Positions 20,400-30,840 of a stretch of 64,000 bases of DNA are shown piece after piece. Location: assembly GCA_965214935.1 (NCBI GenBank), contig CBDCCS010000018.1:1-64000 (forward strand). The letters are read 5' to 3'. The stretch comes from Candidatus Velthaea sp. Its GTDB lineage: Bacteria > Vulcanimicrobiota > Vulcanimicrobiia > Vulcanimicrobiales > Vulcanimicrobiaceae. The position numbers and the translations under genes are program-made. Numbering within the stretch: position 1 is the stretch's first letter; every line of letters begins with the position of its first letter. The notes below the pieces were generated by a model. The model searched no databases and was not told the origin of the DNA. It saw only the letters and a program-made list of their open reading frames with translations.

Positions 20400-20510
20400 G
20401 CGGCACTGCCGCGATGCAAGCGGACGTACCTGAGTTTAGCGCGGTCCGAAGACAAAGTTTTTCCCTTCATGTTCTTGCAACGCATGGTTAGACGTGGCGG
20501 GGATGACCCG

Positions 20511-20696
20511 TATTCCGTAGTTTCGCTAAGCCGACCTGGGCAGAGACGGCGACGCTTTTTGCCTTTGGTCTTTTAGCGAACGCGGGCGCTTCCGGTCACC
20601 CATCTGACCCGAGGAAATCGCCTTTCGGCTACTAACTACGCAACCGTTCCCGAGTAGCCGGGCGGATTTCGGCACTGAGCGGCACCCGTTAAGGAG
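20511..20696 (+). ncRNA. Candidate structured cis-regulatory RNA in the glnA 5' leader
   Basis: Several nested complementary stems plus a loop complementary to the 5' end (see findings); ends at the AAGGAG RBS. Confidence 0.55.
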
Positions 20697-20710
20697 TGGA
20701 CTGACCACAC

Positions 20711-22141
20711 ATGACGACCAACTTGCGCGACTTCCTCGAGCTCTCGTACGGCGAGCTCGAAGAGATGAATTTGGCTGCCAAAGAAGATCGTAAAAACCGG
20801 ATGAAGATGCACGAGCTGCAAGAGAAGCGGATCAAGTATCTGGCAGATGAAAAGCGTATCAAAGCCGTCACCGTGATGTTCAGCGACCTCGAAGGCCGCT
20901 TGCATATGCTCGATTACGATAAAAAGTTTCTTATCAAGTCGTTCGACAACTTAACCTTTGACGGCTCTTCGATTCGCGGCTTTACCGCGCAAAAAGAAAG
21001 CGACTTGCGGCTCTTCATCGATTGGGGCGCATTCTATTGGACGCCGTCCGACTTTTTTGGTCCGGGCAAGGTGCTTGCTTTCGGCGAAGTCATCGATAAA
21101 GACGGGTCGCCGTTCGGCGCCGACCTGCGCGGAATGCTCAAGCAGTTTTCGAACGAGCAGTACGACAAACACGGTTACACGCTCAATGCGGCAAACGAAA
21201 TCGAAGGGTTTGTTTTCGCCGGCGAGGATGCCGAGCAACATTTCAACGAGACGCACAAGTTCGACTACGTCAATACCGGCGGCTATTATCATTCGCTGCC
21301 CGGCGATCCATTGCGCCAATTCATCGATACGGTTGCCGAAGTGCAACGCGCGATGGGCTTTGAGAATGAAAAGGATCACCCCGAAGTTGCTCCCTCGCAA
21401 TTCGAGATCAATTATAGCTATGGCGAAGCAACCGCGGCCGCGGACACGATTCAACTTTATAAACTCATTTGCCGTCAAGTAGCCACGCGGCTCGGATTGA
21501 CCGCTAGTTTTTTACCGAAACCGGTCGTCGGCGTCAACGGTAGCGGCATGCATACGAACGTTTCGGTGACTAAAGACGGGAAAAACCTGTTTTGGGATCC
21601 GGCCGGCCAGGAAAAGTTGAGCTCGTTCGGTTGGGATTTCATCGACCGTATACTGACGGTCGGGCGCGAAACGTGTTTAGTTTTCAACGCCAGCGTCAAC
21701 GCATATCGCCGGCTCGATCCGCATTTCGAGGCGCCCAATCAGATTAAAGCATCGGCCGTCGATCGCGGTTCGATGGTTCGCGTTCCGATCGGTAACGAAC
21801 GCAGCGCGCGCGTCGAAGTACGTTCGGTCGGACCCGATGCGAACCCGTACATGGTGCTCTTATCGGTCTTCAAAACAGGGCTCGAGGGCGCCATCAGCGA
21901 TAATCCCAATCTGCGTCAAGCCGACATGTATCTGCCCGACAATATTTACGATGCGCTGCACCATTTCACCGGATCGCCGTGGGTCAGCACGCTGTTGGGC
22001 GAAGACGTGAAAGGCCGCTATTCGGATTTAAAGCAGGCCAGTGCCGATCGTTGCCCGCGTGCACTCGGCACGTTCGTGAAATCGGCCGAAGTGCAATACC
22101 ATCACGAAGTCTACAATCAATACCTATGGAATCTGTTCTAA
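20711..22141 (+). CDS. glnA: Glutamine synthetase (type I-like)
   Basis: FDGSSIRGF, EIEGF, HPEVAPSQFE, PKPVVGVNGSGMH, NAYRRL, EAP, RVEVRSVGPDANPY. Confidence 0.93.
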   Translation: MTTNLRDFLELSYGELEEMNLAAKEDRKNRMKMHELQEKRIKYLADEKRIKAVTVMFSDLEGRLHMLDYDKKFLIKSFDNLTFDGSSIRGFTAQKESDLRLFIDWGAFYWTPSDFFGPGKVLAFGEVIDKDGSPFGADLRGMLKQFSNEQYDKHGYTLNAANEIEGFVFAGEDAEQHFNETHKFDYVNTGGYYHSLPGDPLRQFIDTVAEVQRAMGFENEKDHPEVAPSQFEINYSYGEATAAADTIQLYKLICRQVATRLGLTASFLPKPVVGVNGSGMHTNVSVTKDGKNLFWDPAGQEKLSSFGWDFIDRILTVGRETCLVFNASVNAYRRLDPHFEAPNQIKASAVDRGSMVRVPIGNERSARVEVRSVGPDANPYMVLLSVFKTGLEGAISDNPNLRQADMYLPDNIYDALHHFTGSPWVSTLLGEDVKGRYSDLKQASADRCPRALGTFVKSAEVQYHHEVYNQYLWNLF

Positions 22142-25096
22142 GTCGCGTGCGCTTGCAAACACGGGCGCTTCGGGCGTGACGTTCGCCGATCGGGACGTGC
22201 GCAAAAAGCGATCGAAGTCGCGGGCGTCCATCGGTCGGCTCGTCAGATAGCCCTGGAAGGCGTCCGAACCGAAAGCGCGCAGCGCTTCAACTTGGGCCGC
22301 GGTTTCGACGCCCTCGGCGACGACCCGAACGCCCAAGCTGTGTCCCAAGGTGATGATCGTCTTTGCCACGGCTTGATCTTTGGGACTTGCAACGATATCG
22401 TGAATGAAGGTTCGATCGATCTTTAAACAGCTGATCGGGTAACCGCGGATCGACGCGAGCGAACTGTAGCCCGTCCCGAAATTGTCGATCGAGATGCGGA
22501 CGCCGAGACGTTGCATCTCGACCAGACGTGCGAGAACGATCGCCTGATCGCCCAGGGCGACATGCTCGGCGATTTCGATTTCAAGGCGGTGGGGATCGAT
22601 GTCGTGCAGCGCAATCGCAGCCCGCAGCGCTTCGATGAAGCGCGGTTCGGTAAATTGTCGCGCCGATACATTCATTGCGATCGTAAACGCGGCATCGAGC
22701 GTCGCCGGCAACGCCGCGATTTGCGCGCAGACCGCATCGAGCACGATCGCTCCGATCGCGCCCATGAGGCGGTGTTCTTCGGCAAAGGCGAGGAAGTTTT
22801 CGGGCGCGAGCGTGCCGCGCTCCGGGTGCTTCCAGCGCACGAACGCTTCAGCGCCGATCGGCTCACCCGTTGCGAAGCTGACGATCGGTTGATAATGAAC
22901 GACGAACTGTTCGCATCGGATCGCTTCGCGCAGCTCGGTCTCGAAATTGAGCGATGCAACGATCGACGTATGCGCGTCGGCGCTATACAACCGAAAAGCG
23001 TTGCGGCCGCTTTGCTTCGCTGCGTACATCGCGGTGTCGGCTTTTTCAACGAGCTCCTCGCCGAGTAAGCCGTCGGCTGGATATAAGCTGATGCCGATGC
23101 TCGCTCCGACGCTGACGCTTTGCGCTCCGACGTCGATCGGCTGACCGATCGCGGCGTGCAGCCGCGCCGCAACGCGACCGGCGTCTTCGGCGCCCTCGGA
23201 CGTTGCACAAACGAGGACGAACTCGTCGCCGCCGACGCGGCTTGCGGTATCGCCCGCGCGTAATGCATCGGCGATGCGTTTAGCGGTTACGGCCAAGACG
23301 CGATCGCCCGCGGCATGTCCGAGCGTATCGTTGACGATCTTGAACCGGTCGAGATCGAGGTAGAGGACGATGACGCCGGTCCGATTGCGTTGCGCCAGTG
23401 CGATGGCTGCAGCCAGCCGTTCGACGAGCAGCATGCGGTTGGGCAGATTGGTGACCGGATCGTGATGCGCCAGATGTTCGAGCTCGGCCGCGGCCTGCGC
23501 CAGCTGCGTTGCAGCCGCCTTGCTATCTTCGATATCGGTTGCCGTTCCGATCCATTTGCCGACCTGATCGGCCGCGTCGTGAAAGGGCACCGCACGTACC
23601 ATGTGCCAGCGGTAAACGCCGTCGGCCCGGCGGAAGCGCGCTTCGCACACGTACTCGACCGGATCAGTACCATCGTGGTAATTAGCGATTTGCGTGAGGT
23701 CGTCAGAATGGACGATCGCGGCCTGGCCGCGTTCTTGCGTCTGCTGCGCCGATAAGCCCGTGTAGTCCGACCAGCGGTGATTGACGTACTCGACACGCGC
23801 GTCTTGACCGCTAACCCAAACCATTTGGGGCATGGAGTCGGTAAGCGCGCGGTAGCGCGTCTGGCTTACTTCGAGCGCAGACTGCGCGCGCTTGAGGTCA
23901 TCGACATCGGTCGACGTATCGAGCCACCGGCGCGGCGTTCCCTCAACGTGCGGTAATAATGTCGAACGCGAAAGAAACCAGCGATAGACGCCGTCGCTGC
24001 CGCGAATCCGCAGCTCGTACTGATGCGGAGCGCCGGCGGATCCGGCGATCCGGTCGTGCGCCCGATCGGCGACCGGCAGATCGTCGGGATGAACGAAATC
24101 ACGCCAGCCGTACCCCGGTCCGGCGCCGGAATGCGAACCGGTGTACTGATCCCAATTCGGACTGGCGTAGTCGACGAATCCCGCTTCGGTGCGAATCATC
24201 ACGACGCTGCCGATCGAATCGAGCAGCGCGCGCGTTTCACTTGCTATTTTAAAATCGTGAACGTCGGCGCATGATCCGATCCACTCAACGATCCGACCGT
24301 CGGCGTCACTCGTTGGAATCGCCCGGCCGAGATGCCACCGGTACACGTCGTCGGCTGCGCGACGAAAGCGGCACTGGATCTCAAAGGGCTCGCCCGTTGC
24401 CAGTGACGCGTTCCAACCGCGCAATGCCGCAAGGCGGTCGGCGGGGTAGACGGTCGTGGCCCAGCCGTCGACCGAACACGCGAGCAAATCTTTGCCGGTA
24501 TATTCCGACCAGGCTCGATTGACGTACGTAATCTTGCCGCCGGCATCGGCCATCCAGACCATGTGCGGCATTGCTTCCGCGAGCAGCCGGTAGCGGCGTT
24601 CGCTTGCGGCAAGCAAGGCGTTGCGCTCCTCGAGAAACGCCGCCCGGGCGTCCAACGCTAGGCCATGTTGCCAGCGCAGCTGTTGTTCGATGCAAGCGAC
24701 GAGTTCACGTGGATCGAACGGTTTGCTCAAAAAATCTTGAACGCCCGACTCGAGCGCGAGAATTCTCTCGTCGACCTGCGACTGACTTGTCAGCATAACG
24801 ATGGGTATGCCGCGCGTGTCTTTGCTCGCTTTGAGTTCTTGTAACGCCGCTCGGCCGTCCATTACCGGCATGCGCCAATCAAGCAGCACAACGTCGGGCC
24901 GTTCGCGTCGCACGGCTTCGCAGGCAAGACGTCCGTTATCAACGGCGATAACGCGATAGCGTTCACGAGTGAGGACTTGACACAGCAGCATTCGTGTTGC
25001 AGTGTCATCCTCAGCGACGACGATCGTCGCCCGTGAAACCGGCTGGGCGGTGGCGAATGCCGCGGTCACGATCGACCCGGCAGCCGTACGACGCAC
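22124..25096 (-). CDS. REC-3xPAS-GGDEF-EAL diguanylate cyclase/phosphodiesterase
   Basis: REC LLDWRMPVMDG, three PAS/PAC units, DLDRFK, RVGGDEF; EAL domain with EAFVRW, IDNFGTGYSS, EGVET, QGY. Confidence 0.92.
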   Translation of the reverse strand: MRRTAAGSIVTAAFATAQPVSRATIVVAEDDTATRMLLCQVLTRERYRVIAVDNGRLACEAVRRERPDVVLLDWRMPVMDGRAALQELKASKDTRGIPIVMLTSQSQVDERILALESGVQDFLSKPFDPRELVACIEQQLRWQHGLALDARAAFLEERNALLAASERRYRLLAEAMPHMVWMADAGGKITYVNRAWSEYTGKDLLACSVDGWATTVYPADRLAALRGWNASLATGEPFEIQCRFRRAADDVYRWHLGRAIPTSDADGRIVEWIGSCADVHDFKIASETRALLDSIGSVVMIRTEAGFVDYASPNWDQYTGSHSGAGPGYGWRDFVHPDDLPVADRAHDRIAGSAGAPHQYELRIRGSDGVYRWFLSRSTLLPHVEGTPRRWLDTSTDVDDLKRAQSALEVSQTRYRALTDSMPQMVWVSGQDARVEYVNHRWSDYTGLSAQQTQERGQAAIVHSDDLTQIANYHDGTDPVEYVCEARFRRADGVYRWHMVRAVPFHDAADQVGKWIGTATDIEDSKAAATQLAQAAAELEHLAHHDPVTNLPNRMLLVERLAAAIALAQRNRTGVIVLYLDLDRFKIVNDTLGHAAGDRVLAVTAKRIADALRAGDTASRVGGDEFVLVCATSEGAEDAGRVAARLHAAIGQPIDVGAQSVSVGASIGISLYPADGLLGEELVEKADTAMYAAKQSGRNAFRLYSADAHTSIVASLNFETELREAIRCEQFVVHYQPIVSFATGEPIGAEAFVRWKHPERGTLAPENFLAFAEEHRLMGAIGAIVLDAVCAQIAALPATLDAAFTIAMNVSARQFTEPRFIEALRAAIALHDIDPHRLEIEIAEHVALGDQAIVLARLVEMQRLGVRISIDNFGTGYSSLASIRGYPISCLKIDRTFIHDIVASPKDQAVAKTIITLGHSLGVRVVAEGVETAAQVEALRAFGSDAFQGYLTSRPMDARDFDRFLRTSRSANVTPEAPVFASARDLEQIP

Positions 25097-25535
25097 GGTG
25101 TATGCATCGTCGGTTTGCAGAAACGGCTACCGGTCACCGTCGAGTTCACAAACCTAACGTCGGCACTGCGGGCGCTTTCCCGTAGCCGCAGCGTCGAATT
25201 GCAACGCGGCTTACACGCGAACCATACATATGTTAATTTTTCGTTCGATCCCGGTCTGCGTTCGTGATCCGGTCTCAGACACTCCGGCGAAACGTCGATG
25301 TTAACGGCAAGTAACCTAGCGTAGATGTAAACGATTGGTAAAATTAATTTAAAAACGTAGCCCGTTACTGAAGTACTGCATCGAATTTGCCGTTACTTCT
25401 TACAGATGACCGATGGACGCGAGGGTGCGCGGACCGTCAATTTTTCGTTCATGTTGCACGTGGCATCTTTTAATGACGCTATGTAGCTGCTAAGCTTCAG
25501 CATGTGAACGAAGCAGTACTCGAGCGTCTGCACGC

Positions 25536-28214
25536 GTGCCGTTGCAAATGCAACGGTCACACGAGAACGCGCGACACTGCGTGCCGCTCGTGCATCTAAC
25601 CGAGGCGATCGGCGGAGCAACGACTCAATCGTTGCTCTGGGCGGCACGCGGCCGGGTCCATCGGCGGCTTGCGCGCGCCATCGAGTTTCCGGTTGTGGTG
25701 GTCAGCGCTCCGTCGGGATTCGGAAAAAGCACGGTGTTGCGCGAGTATTTCGCTGCCGCCGACTACGCTCACCGGCGCTTGATCCTCGCTCCGAAGCACG
25801 CAGATCTGCTTGGATTTATGCGGGTTCTGGCAGCGTGTGTGGCCGACGTAGCGCCGGCTTTGACGACGTCATTCATGGGCGTATACGATCGAATGAACGG
25901 TGCTGACGATGCTCCGCGGCAGATCGCGCAATGGGCGGCCGGCCATCTGCGTCGTGCGGACGTCAATATTCTTATCGACGGTCTCGAAAACGCCGCCGAC
26001 GAGCGACTCTTTGGCCTGCTCACCGAGTTGGTCGACCAAACCTCGGATGCTTGCGTACAATGGATTATTCTCACTCAGGATGCCGGCCGTTTCCCCGTCG
26101 CACGCTGGCTCGCCGACGATCGGATGGACGTCCCGATCGACGAAGTCGATCTCGCGCTTTCTGTCGAGGATTTAGAGACCGGCGTGCGGCTCACGCACGC
26201 ACCGGTCGATGCTTCGCGCATCTGCGCGTTGGCCGAGTCTGCCGCTCATTGGCCTGCGGCGGTGGCGTTGCTGCTGTGCGAACTCTTAACCGGTGCGTCG
26301 CTGCAACGCGAGTTGACCCAGCGTTCGCCGTATGCTGATTTTGCCGACCGCGCCTTTAGCGCATGTTCCGGCGTCGAGCAACGCTTTCTGCTCGAAACGT
26401 GTCTCTATCGGCGCTTCGATCGGGAAGTACTCGGCGTCGCCGGCTGGACGCACGTCGATTCGACACTCGAACGTCTAAGCGATGCGGGGGCGTTCATTTA
26501 TCATGACGCGACCGGTGCTTATTGTTATCACGAACTGTTTCGCGGTTTCTTGGAGGACCGGTTACGCTCGAAAGCAAGCGAAATGTTCGCGCGCATCGCG
26601 TCACAAGCCGCTGCGGTATGCCACCGTGTCGGCCGTTGGTCCGATGCGCTCGAACTGTATACCGACTTGCAGGCCGCGACGCCGCTGGCGAGTCTCTTGA
26701 GCGAACATGGTTTCGCACTTATGGATCGCGGCGAGGCCGACACCGTGTCGCGTGCTCTGGCGTCGCTGGGTGAGAACGACTTCACCGCGTTCCCGGTCGC
26801 CCTCGCGCTCAAAGCGAGTCTCGAGTCGCTTAACGGCAGCTTCGACGTCGCTGAAGCGTGGTTCCGTCATGCCATTAAAAACGTCGGCGATTCGAGTGCA
26901 CGCAGCGCGATCGTCTTCCGGTTTGCAACGGATCTCGTCCGGCGTGACCGGCGCGATGCCATCGACTTGCTCAAGCCGATCGTCGATGAGTCCGGCCACG
27001 ATCTAAACCTAACGGTGTCGCTGGCGGGTTTGCTCGCTACGGCCTACGCCACGCATCATATGGACGCCGAAGCGGCCCAGGCAATACAACGCGCACTCGA
27101 CCGCATGCCGGCAGTCGATGACGTTGCGATTTGCGCAAAATTATATTATCAGGCCGGCTATGTCGCACTATTCGCGCAAGATTGGTCGAGCGCGAAGCGC
27201 TTCGCTCAACGTGCCTTGGATACCGCACTCGATGCGCATCTGTACGACATTGCCGCGCGCGCGCTGAGTATACTTTATAACGTGGCGATGGACCACGAAG
27301 ACGATATCATTACCACGCGCAAACATCTTGAAGAGTTGGCGTCGTGCAGCATCAAGGCCGGCAGCCGCTATTTACTGATGTATGCAACGCTCAGCCAGTA
27401 CGAGATCGAAGTGCTAGCCGGTAATTTGGTCGAGAGCGCTCGGCTCGACGCGACCCTCGTGTCCTTAGAGGTCGATTACTCGGTCATTGCAACCGAAACG
27501 TTGCTACCGGCGCAGGCGCTGCGCGCAACTTGGACCGGCGATTTTCACCGCGCGTACCGGCTCATCGCACCGACGGCGGAAAAACAGATCACGCCGATTC
27601 GTCAGGCGCAGCGCTACGCGGAAATTGCGGTCTACGCTGCAGCGGCGGGTCTGCGCGAAGAAGCGGCTACTGCCGCCGATCGCGCACTAGTATTGACGCC
27701 GAAGTCGGCCTTCGGAGATAAGACGATCACGTTCACCAAAGCGTATGTTGCGCTCGCGCTGACGTTGCTTGGGCGGCGCGCGCGTGCACAGCAGATCTTG
27801 CTCGCACTCAAACGCGCCAAAACGTCGGCGCGTCTCGAGCAGCTCGTCGATGCGTTCCTCACTATCAACGAACGGTGGGAACAGGGGCGCTATTCGACGG
27901 CGTTGCGGAGCCAGCTCGACCGGCTCGAAGAAAACGACCTCGGCGGCGTCGGACGCCTCATCGAAGCATTGCCCCTACCCGAAACCTTCCGGGGTGAATT
28001 TGCACAGTTGACGGTTATCGAACGCGAAGTGCTCATTCATCTTTCGGCCGGCCTTGTCGCGGAGGAGATCGCGTCACTCTCGGGCCGTCATATCGAAGCG
28101 GTCGAATCGTCGATCGTCTCGCTTTGCCGCAAACTCGGCTGCAGCGGGCCCCGGCACGCCGTCGCTTTGGCCCAGAGCGGCGAGCCGCGCGGGATCTCAG
28201 CAGATGGCAACTGA
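25536..28214 (+). CDS. MalT-like regulator (P-loop ATPase, TPR-like helical region, LuxR-type HTH); alternative start GTG 25581
   Basis: APSGFGKST Walker A, YCYHELFRGFL, helical repeats, C-terminal LTVIEREVLIHLSAG...RKLGCSG. Confidence 0.82.
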   Translation: MPLQMQRSHENARHCVPLVHLTEAIGGATTQSLLWAARGRVHRRLARAIEFPVVVVSAPSGFGKSTVLREYFAAADYAHRRLILAPKHADLLGFMRVLAACVADVAPALTTSFMGVYDRMNGADDAPRQIAQWAAGHLRRADVNILIDGLENAADERLFGLLTELVDQTSDACVQWIILTQDAGRFPVARWLADDRMDVPIDEVDLALSVEDLETGVRLTHAPVDASRICALAESAAHWPAAVALLLCELLTGASLQRELTQRSPYADFADRAFSACSGVEQRFLLETCLYRRFDREVLGVAGWTHVDSTLERLSDAGAFIYHDATGAYCYHELFRGFLEDRLRSKASEMFARIASQAAAVCHRVGRWSDALELYTDLQAATPLASLLSEHGFALMDRGEADTVSRALASLGENDFTAFPVALALKASLESLNGSFDVAEAWFRHAIKNVGDSSARSAIVFRFATDLVRRDRRDAIDLLKPIVDESGHDLNLTVSLAGLLATAYATHHMDAEAAQAIQRALDRMPAVDDVAICAKLYYQAGYVALFAQDWSSAKRFAQRALDTALDAHLYDIAARALSILYNVAMDHEDDIITTRKHLEELASCSIKAGSRYLLMYATLSQYEIEVLAGNLVESARLDATLVSLEVDYSVIATETLLPAQALRATWTGDFHRAYRLIAPTAEKQITPIRQAQRYAEIAVYAAAAGLREEAATAADRALVLTPKSAFGDKTITFTKAYVALALTLLGRRARAQQILLALKRAKTSARLEQLVDAFLTINERWEQGRYSTALRSQLDRLEENDLGGVGRLIEALPLPETFRGEFAQLTVIEREVLIHLSAGLVAEEIASLSGRHIEAVESSIVSLCRKLGCSGPRHAVALAQSGEPRGISADGN

Positions 28215-29235
28215 GTATCGTCTTCAGACGTTGAGCACGCGCGATACGGCGGACTGCGGTGACGATGCCCGTAGCCGGGCCGCGAGCGGACGTGCGGATC
28301 AAAACCGCGTGCTCGCCGAGCAAATCCGCGCACGGGCGTATGAGATATCGGCTAACATGCTCAAGCGGGCCGTACGCCGGCCGGAGATCAACGTCGGTCT
28401 CGAGTTGCTGGCATTATCATTTGCCGAACGTTTCGCCGACTCGCTGGCTGAAGATGATTGTTCGGTATTGTTGCGCTGGGTGACCGACACATGCCGCCGT
28501 TACGGTGACATGACCGTGATACCGCGCCTTCTTTGTGCCGGTACATCGTCGGTAAGCGCGACGGTCGGCATCATCAATCGCAAAGCCGAACTTGCATTCA
28601 TCGCCGAACAAATCGAAACGATCGTCGCCGAGCCGCGCGTCTCATCGGAACTCGTCGCGACCGACACGCTCGACGAAGTCGACGTTGTCTTAGGCGAATT
28701 GATCGAACGGCTGGGCGCCGCCGATCCGGCCACCGCGGAACACTCGCGTGCCGTGTCGCTCTGGTGCGCGCGAATCAGCAAACGGATGGCGCTGTCCGCA
28801 AGTGAATCCATTTTTGTCACGCGTTGCGGCCTCATTCATGACATCGGCAAGATGACGACCCCGCCGGAAATTCTGCAAGCACCGCGGCGGTTATCGGCGC
28901 CCGAAATGAATTTGATGCGGCGTCATGCCGAGGACGGCGCGGCGATCATCGCGGGCATTCCGCTTCTGGCCGGACATAAACCGGGAGTTCGCTGGCATCA
29001 TGAGCGGCTCGACGGAGCCGGCTATCCCGACGCATTGCGCGGCACGACGATCCCGCTTGTTGCGCGCATCGTATCGGTCGCGGACTCGTTTAATGCAATG
29101 ATCGGCAATAGACCCTACCGGATACCGATGCGGCCGACGGCGGCACTCGAAGAACTCCGTCGCTTCGGTGGTACGCAGTTCGATCCCGATGTCGTTGAAG
29201 CGATGAACGACGTCCTTACGAAGCGCGTGCGTTGA
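28204..29235 (+). CDS. HD-GYP domain c-di-GMP phosphodiesterase
   Basis: TAEHS, IHDIGK, HHERLDGAGYP, ARIVSVADSF, RPYR, GTQFDP. The ATG at 28204 overlaps the upstream gene end. Confidence 0.9.
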   Translation: MATEYRLQTLSTRDTADCGDDARSRAASGRADQNRVLAEQIRARAYEISANMLKRAVRRPEINVGLELLALSFAERFADSLAEDDCSVLLRWVTDTCRRYGDMTVIPRLLCAGTSSVSATVGIINRKAELAFIAEQIETIVAEPRVSSELVATDTLDEVDVVLGELIERLGAADPATAEHSRAVSLWCARISKRMALSASESIFVTRCGLIHDIGKMTTPPEILQAPRRLSAPEMNLMRRHAEDGAAIIAGIPLLAGHKPGVRWHHERLDGAGYPDALRGTTIPLVARIVSVADSFNAMIGNRPYRIPMRPTAALEELRRFGGTQFDPDVVEAMNDVLTKRVR

Positions 29236-29577
29236 TGCTCGGCACGAAATGCGGCGCGTTCATTACGCGCGTACCTGCACGCGTGACACGTTTCAATGCG
29301 TGCCTGTTTGCCGCATCGTTAAACGTTCGCACGCAAGATTTGTACGAAAAATCTCCCGAACGTCATAAAGTTCATAGCGCGCCGACCGAACACTGTGAAT
29401 ACGAGAGTCGAGTTGCGTCGAGCCGCTCGCTTTCGGACAGCAGTACGGTCAAGGTCGACATCTTTGACGTACCGGCGACGATCGATACCAACGCTGCTCG
29501 TTACAGAAACGAGCGCTTCGGCATGTCGTCACTGTCGTAATAGCCACAGATCCCTTTCTCTAATGAGGTATTGTACC

Positions 29578-29727
29578 ATGTTGCTCGCCTTTTTCGTCTC
29601 GCTGTTTGCAATGTTCCACACCGGCTCCCCGTCTGCGGCTCCCGTGCATGCAGTTACAGTGCACGCGGCAGCACATGGAATGCGTCCGGCTGCCCCGCCG
29701 ATCAGCGCGCATGCATTAGCCGGCTAA
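29578..29727 (+). CDS. 49-aa putative secreted peptide
   Basis: GAGG RBS before ATG 29578; MLLAFFVSLFAMFHTGSPSAAPVHAVTVHAAAHGMRPAAPPISAHALAG; followed by a strong hairpin. Confidence 0.55.
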   Translation: MLLAFFVSLFAMFHTGSPSAAPVHAVTVHAAAHGMRPAAPPISAHALAG

Positions 29728-29736
29728 ATGCCCGAA

Positions 29737-29764
29737 ACTCACGAGCTGTAAACGGCTCGTGAGT
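29737..29764 (+). terminator. Stem-loop after the small peptide gene
   Basis: ACTCACGAGCTG-TAAA-CGGCTCGTGAGT, a 12-bp stem with one G-U pair; no clear U-tract. Confidence 0.5.
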
Positions 29765-30225
29765 CAATCGCGAGGAGCGTTACCGAACCTAACTTAATCG
29801 TCTAATCGTATCCTCGCACAAAGTTGAAGTCTAACCGGGTAGCGATCGCACCAGCAGCCTCGTAATTGACCGTAAGCCGGCCGGCTTTCAACGGGCAAAC
29901 GTTCTTACCGAACGAGCTGCGCCCGAAAAACAGACGATTGCAACGATACGCTTCGTTCAATAAACGGTATATCGTCCGAGCGCTTAGCTGATGCCGGCAA
30001 CTATCGTTAATTGGCTGCAGGCAGTCTAACGGTGGTATGACCGAACGAATCGTACGTTTATCGTACGGTTCGCATATGCTGCATCAAGCCGGACGGCGGG
30101 CGCGCAGGTCGGGCGGTTAGCGTTCAATCACTCAATACCGGCGCGCGATCCGTAATTGTAGTATTCGTATGCGGCGGCATACTTTTACAACCATCAGAAG
30201 ACAGTACGTACCGTTGAAGCGTGAT

Positions 30226-30783
30226 TTACGGTACTGCTTGTAAAATTGTTGCAAGCCGCCTATCGTCGTAGCGTTCACGCACGGCAGTTACGACGCGGTG
30301 CTCCGTATCGACGACCACGATTGCGGCGTTTTCTTTTTTTCCCGTCGGTGCTAGCCACGGCCAGCCGGCGCGATCGAACGTCAGAAAAAAACGAACGCGG
30401 TCGCGCGGCTGCCGAAAGGCCGCCGATCGCATGAATAACGCTCGAAGATATCCGTGAATGAAACGCGGTGCTGCCGCCGCGTCGATTACAGCGAAAACCG
30501 CGACCCGTCCGTCTGTCGCTCGAATTAGCGCCTGCGACCAGCGCTGTACCGAATCAGCCGCGCTTCGATCGTAACCGATGATGAGGATAAACGCTGAATT
30601 GCCGGCATCTTCGGGCAGACGTATGAGATTACCGTCGCTCGACTCCGCCTCCAGATGCGGAAGGTCAACGGCCTCCGCCCGCGGACCGGCGGCGAGGAGC
30701 AACGCGACGCAACACAGCACGGCGTAGAGACAGGCCGTCGGCCGGCTGTGCCCGCGGCGACTCTGCGACTTCCAATCGATCAT
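30226..30783 (-). CDS. Exported hypothetical protein (possible thioredoxin-like fold)
   Basis: Signal peptide, then a beta/alpha pattern (ILIIGYDR...VFAVID...AAIVVVD). Confidence 0.55.
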   Translation of the reverse strand: MIDWKSQSRRGHSRPTACLYAVLCCVALLLAAGPRAEAVDLPHLEAESSDGNLIRLPEDAGNSAFILIIGYDRSAADSVQRWSQALIRATDGRVAVFAVIDAAAAPRFIHGYLRALFMRSAAFRQPRDRVRFFLTFDRAGWPWLAPTGKKENAAIVVVDTEHRVVTAVRERYDDRRLATILQAVP

Positions 30784-30840
30784 ACCCGTGTGACGCTACG
30801 AGCAGCACAGTTGTATCGGCCGGCCGGCCGTTCCAGGCGC

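Noticed and set aside
29810..29900. c-di-GMP-I riboswitch (CAAAG...GTCTAA resemblance near c-di-GMP genes)
   Set aside because: The upstream GGCAAA/GNRA P2 hairpin is missing and no sense gene follows; a cmscan would settle it.
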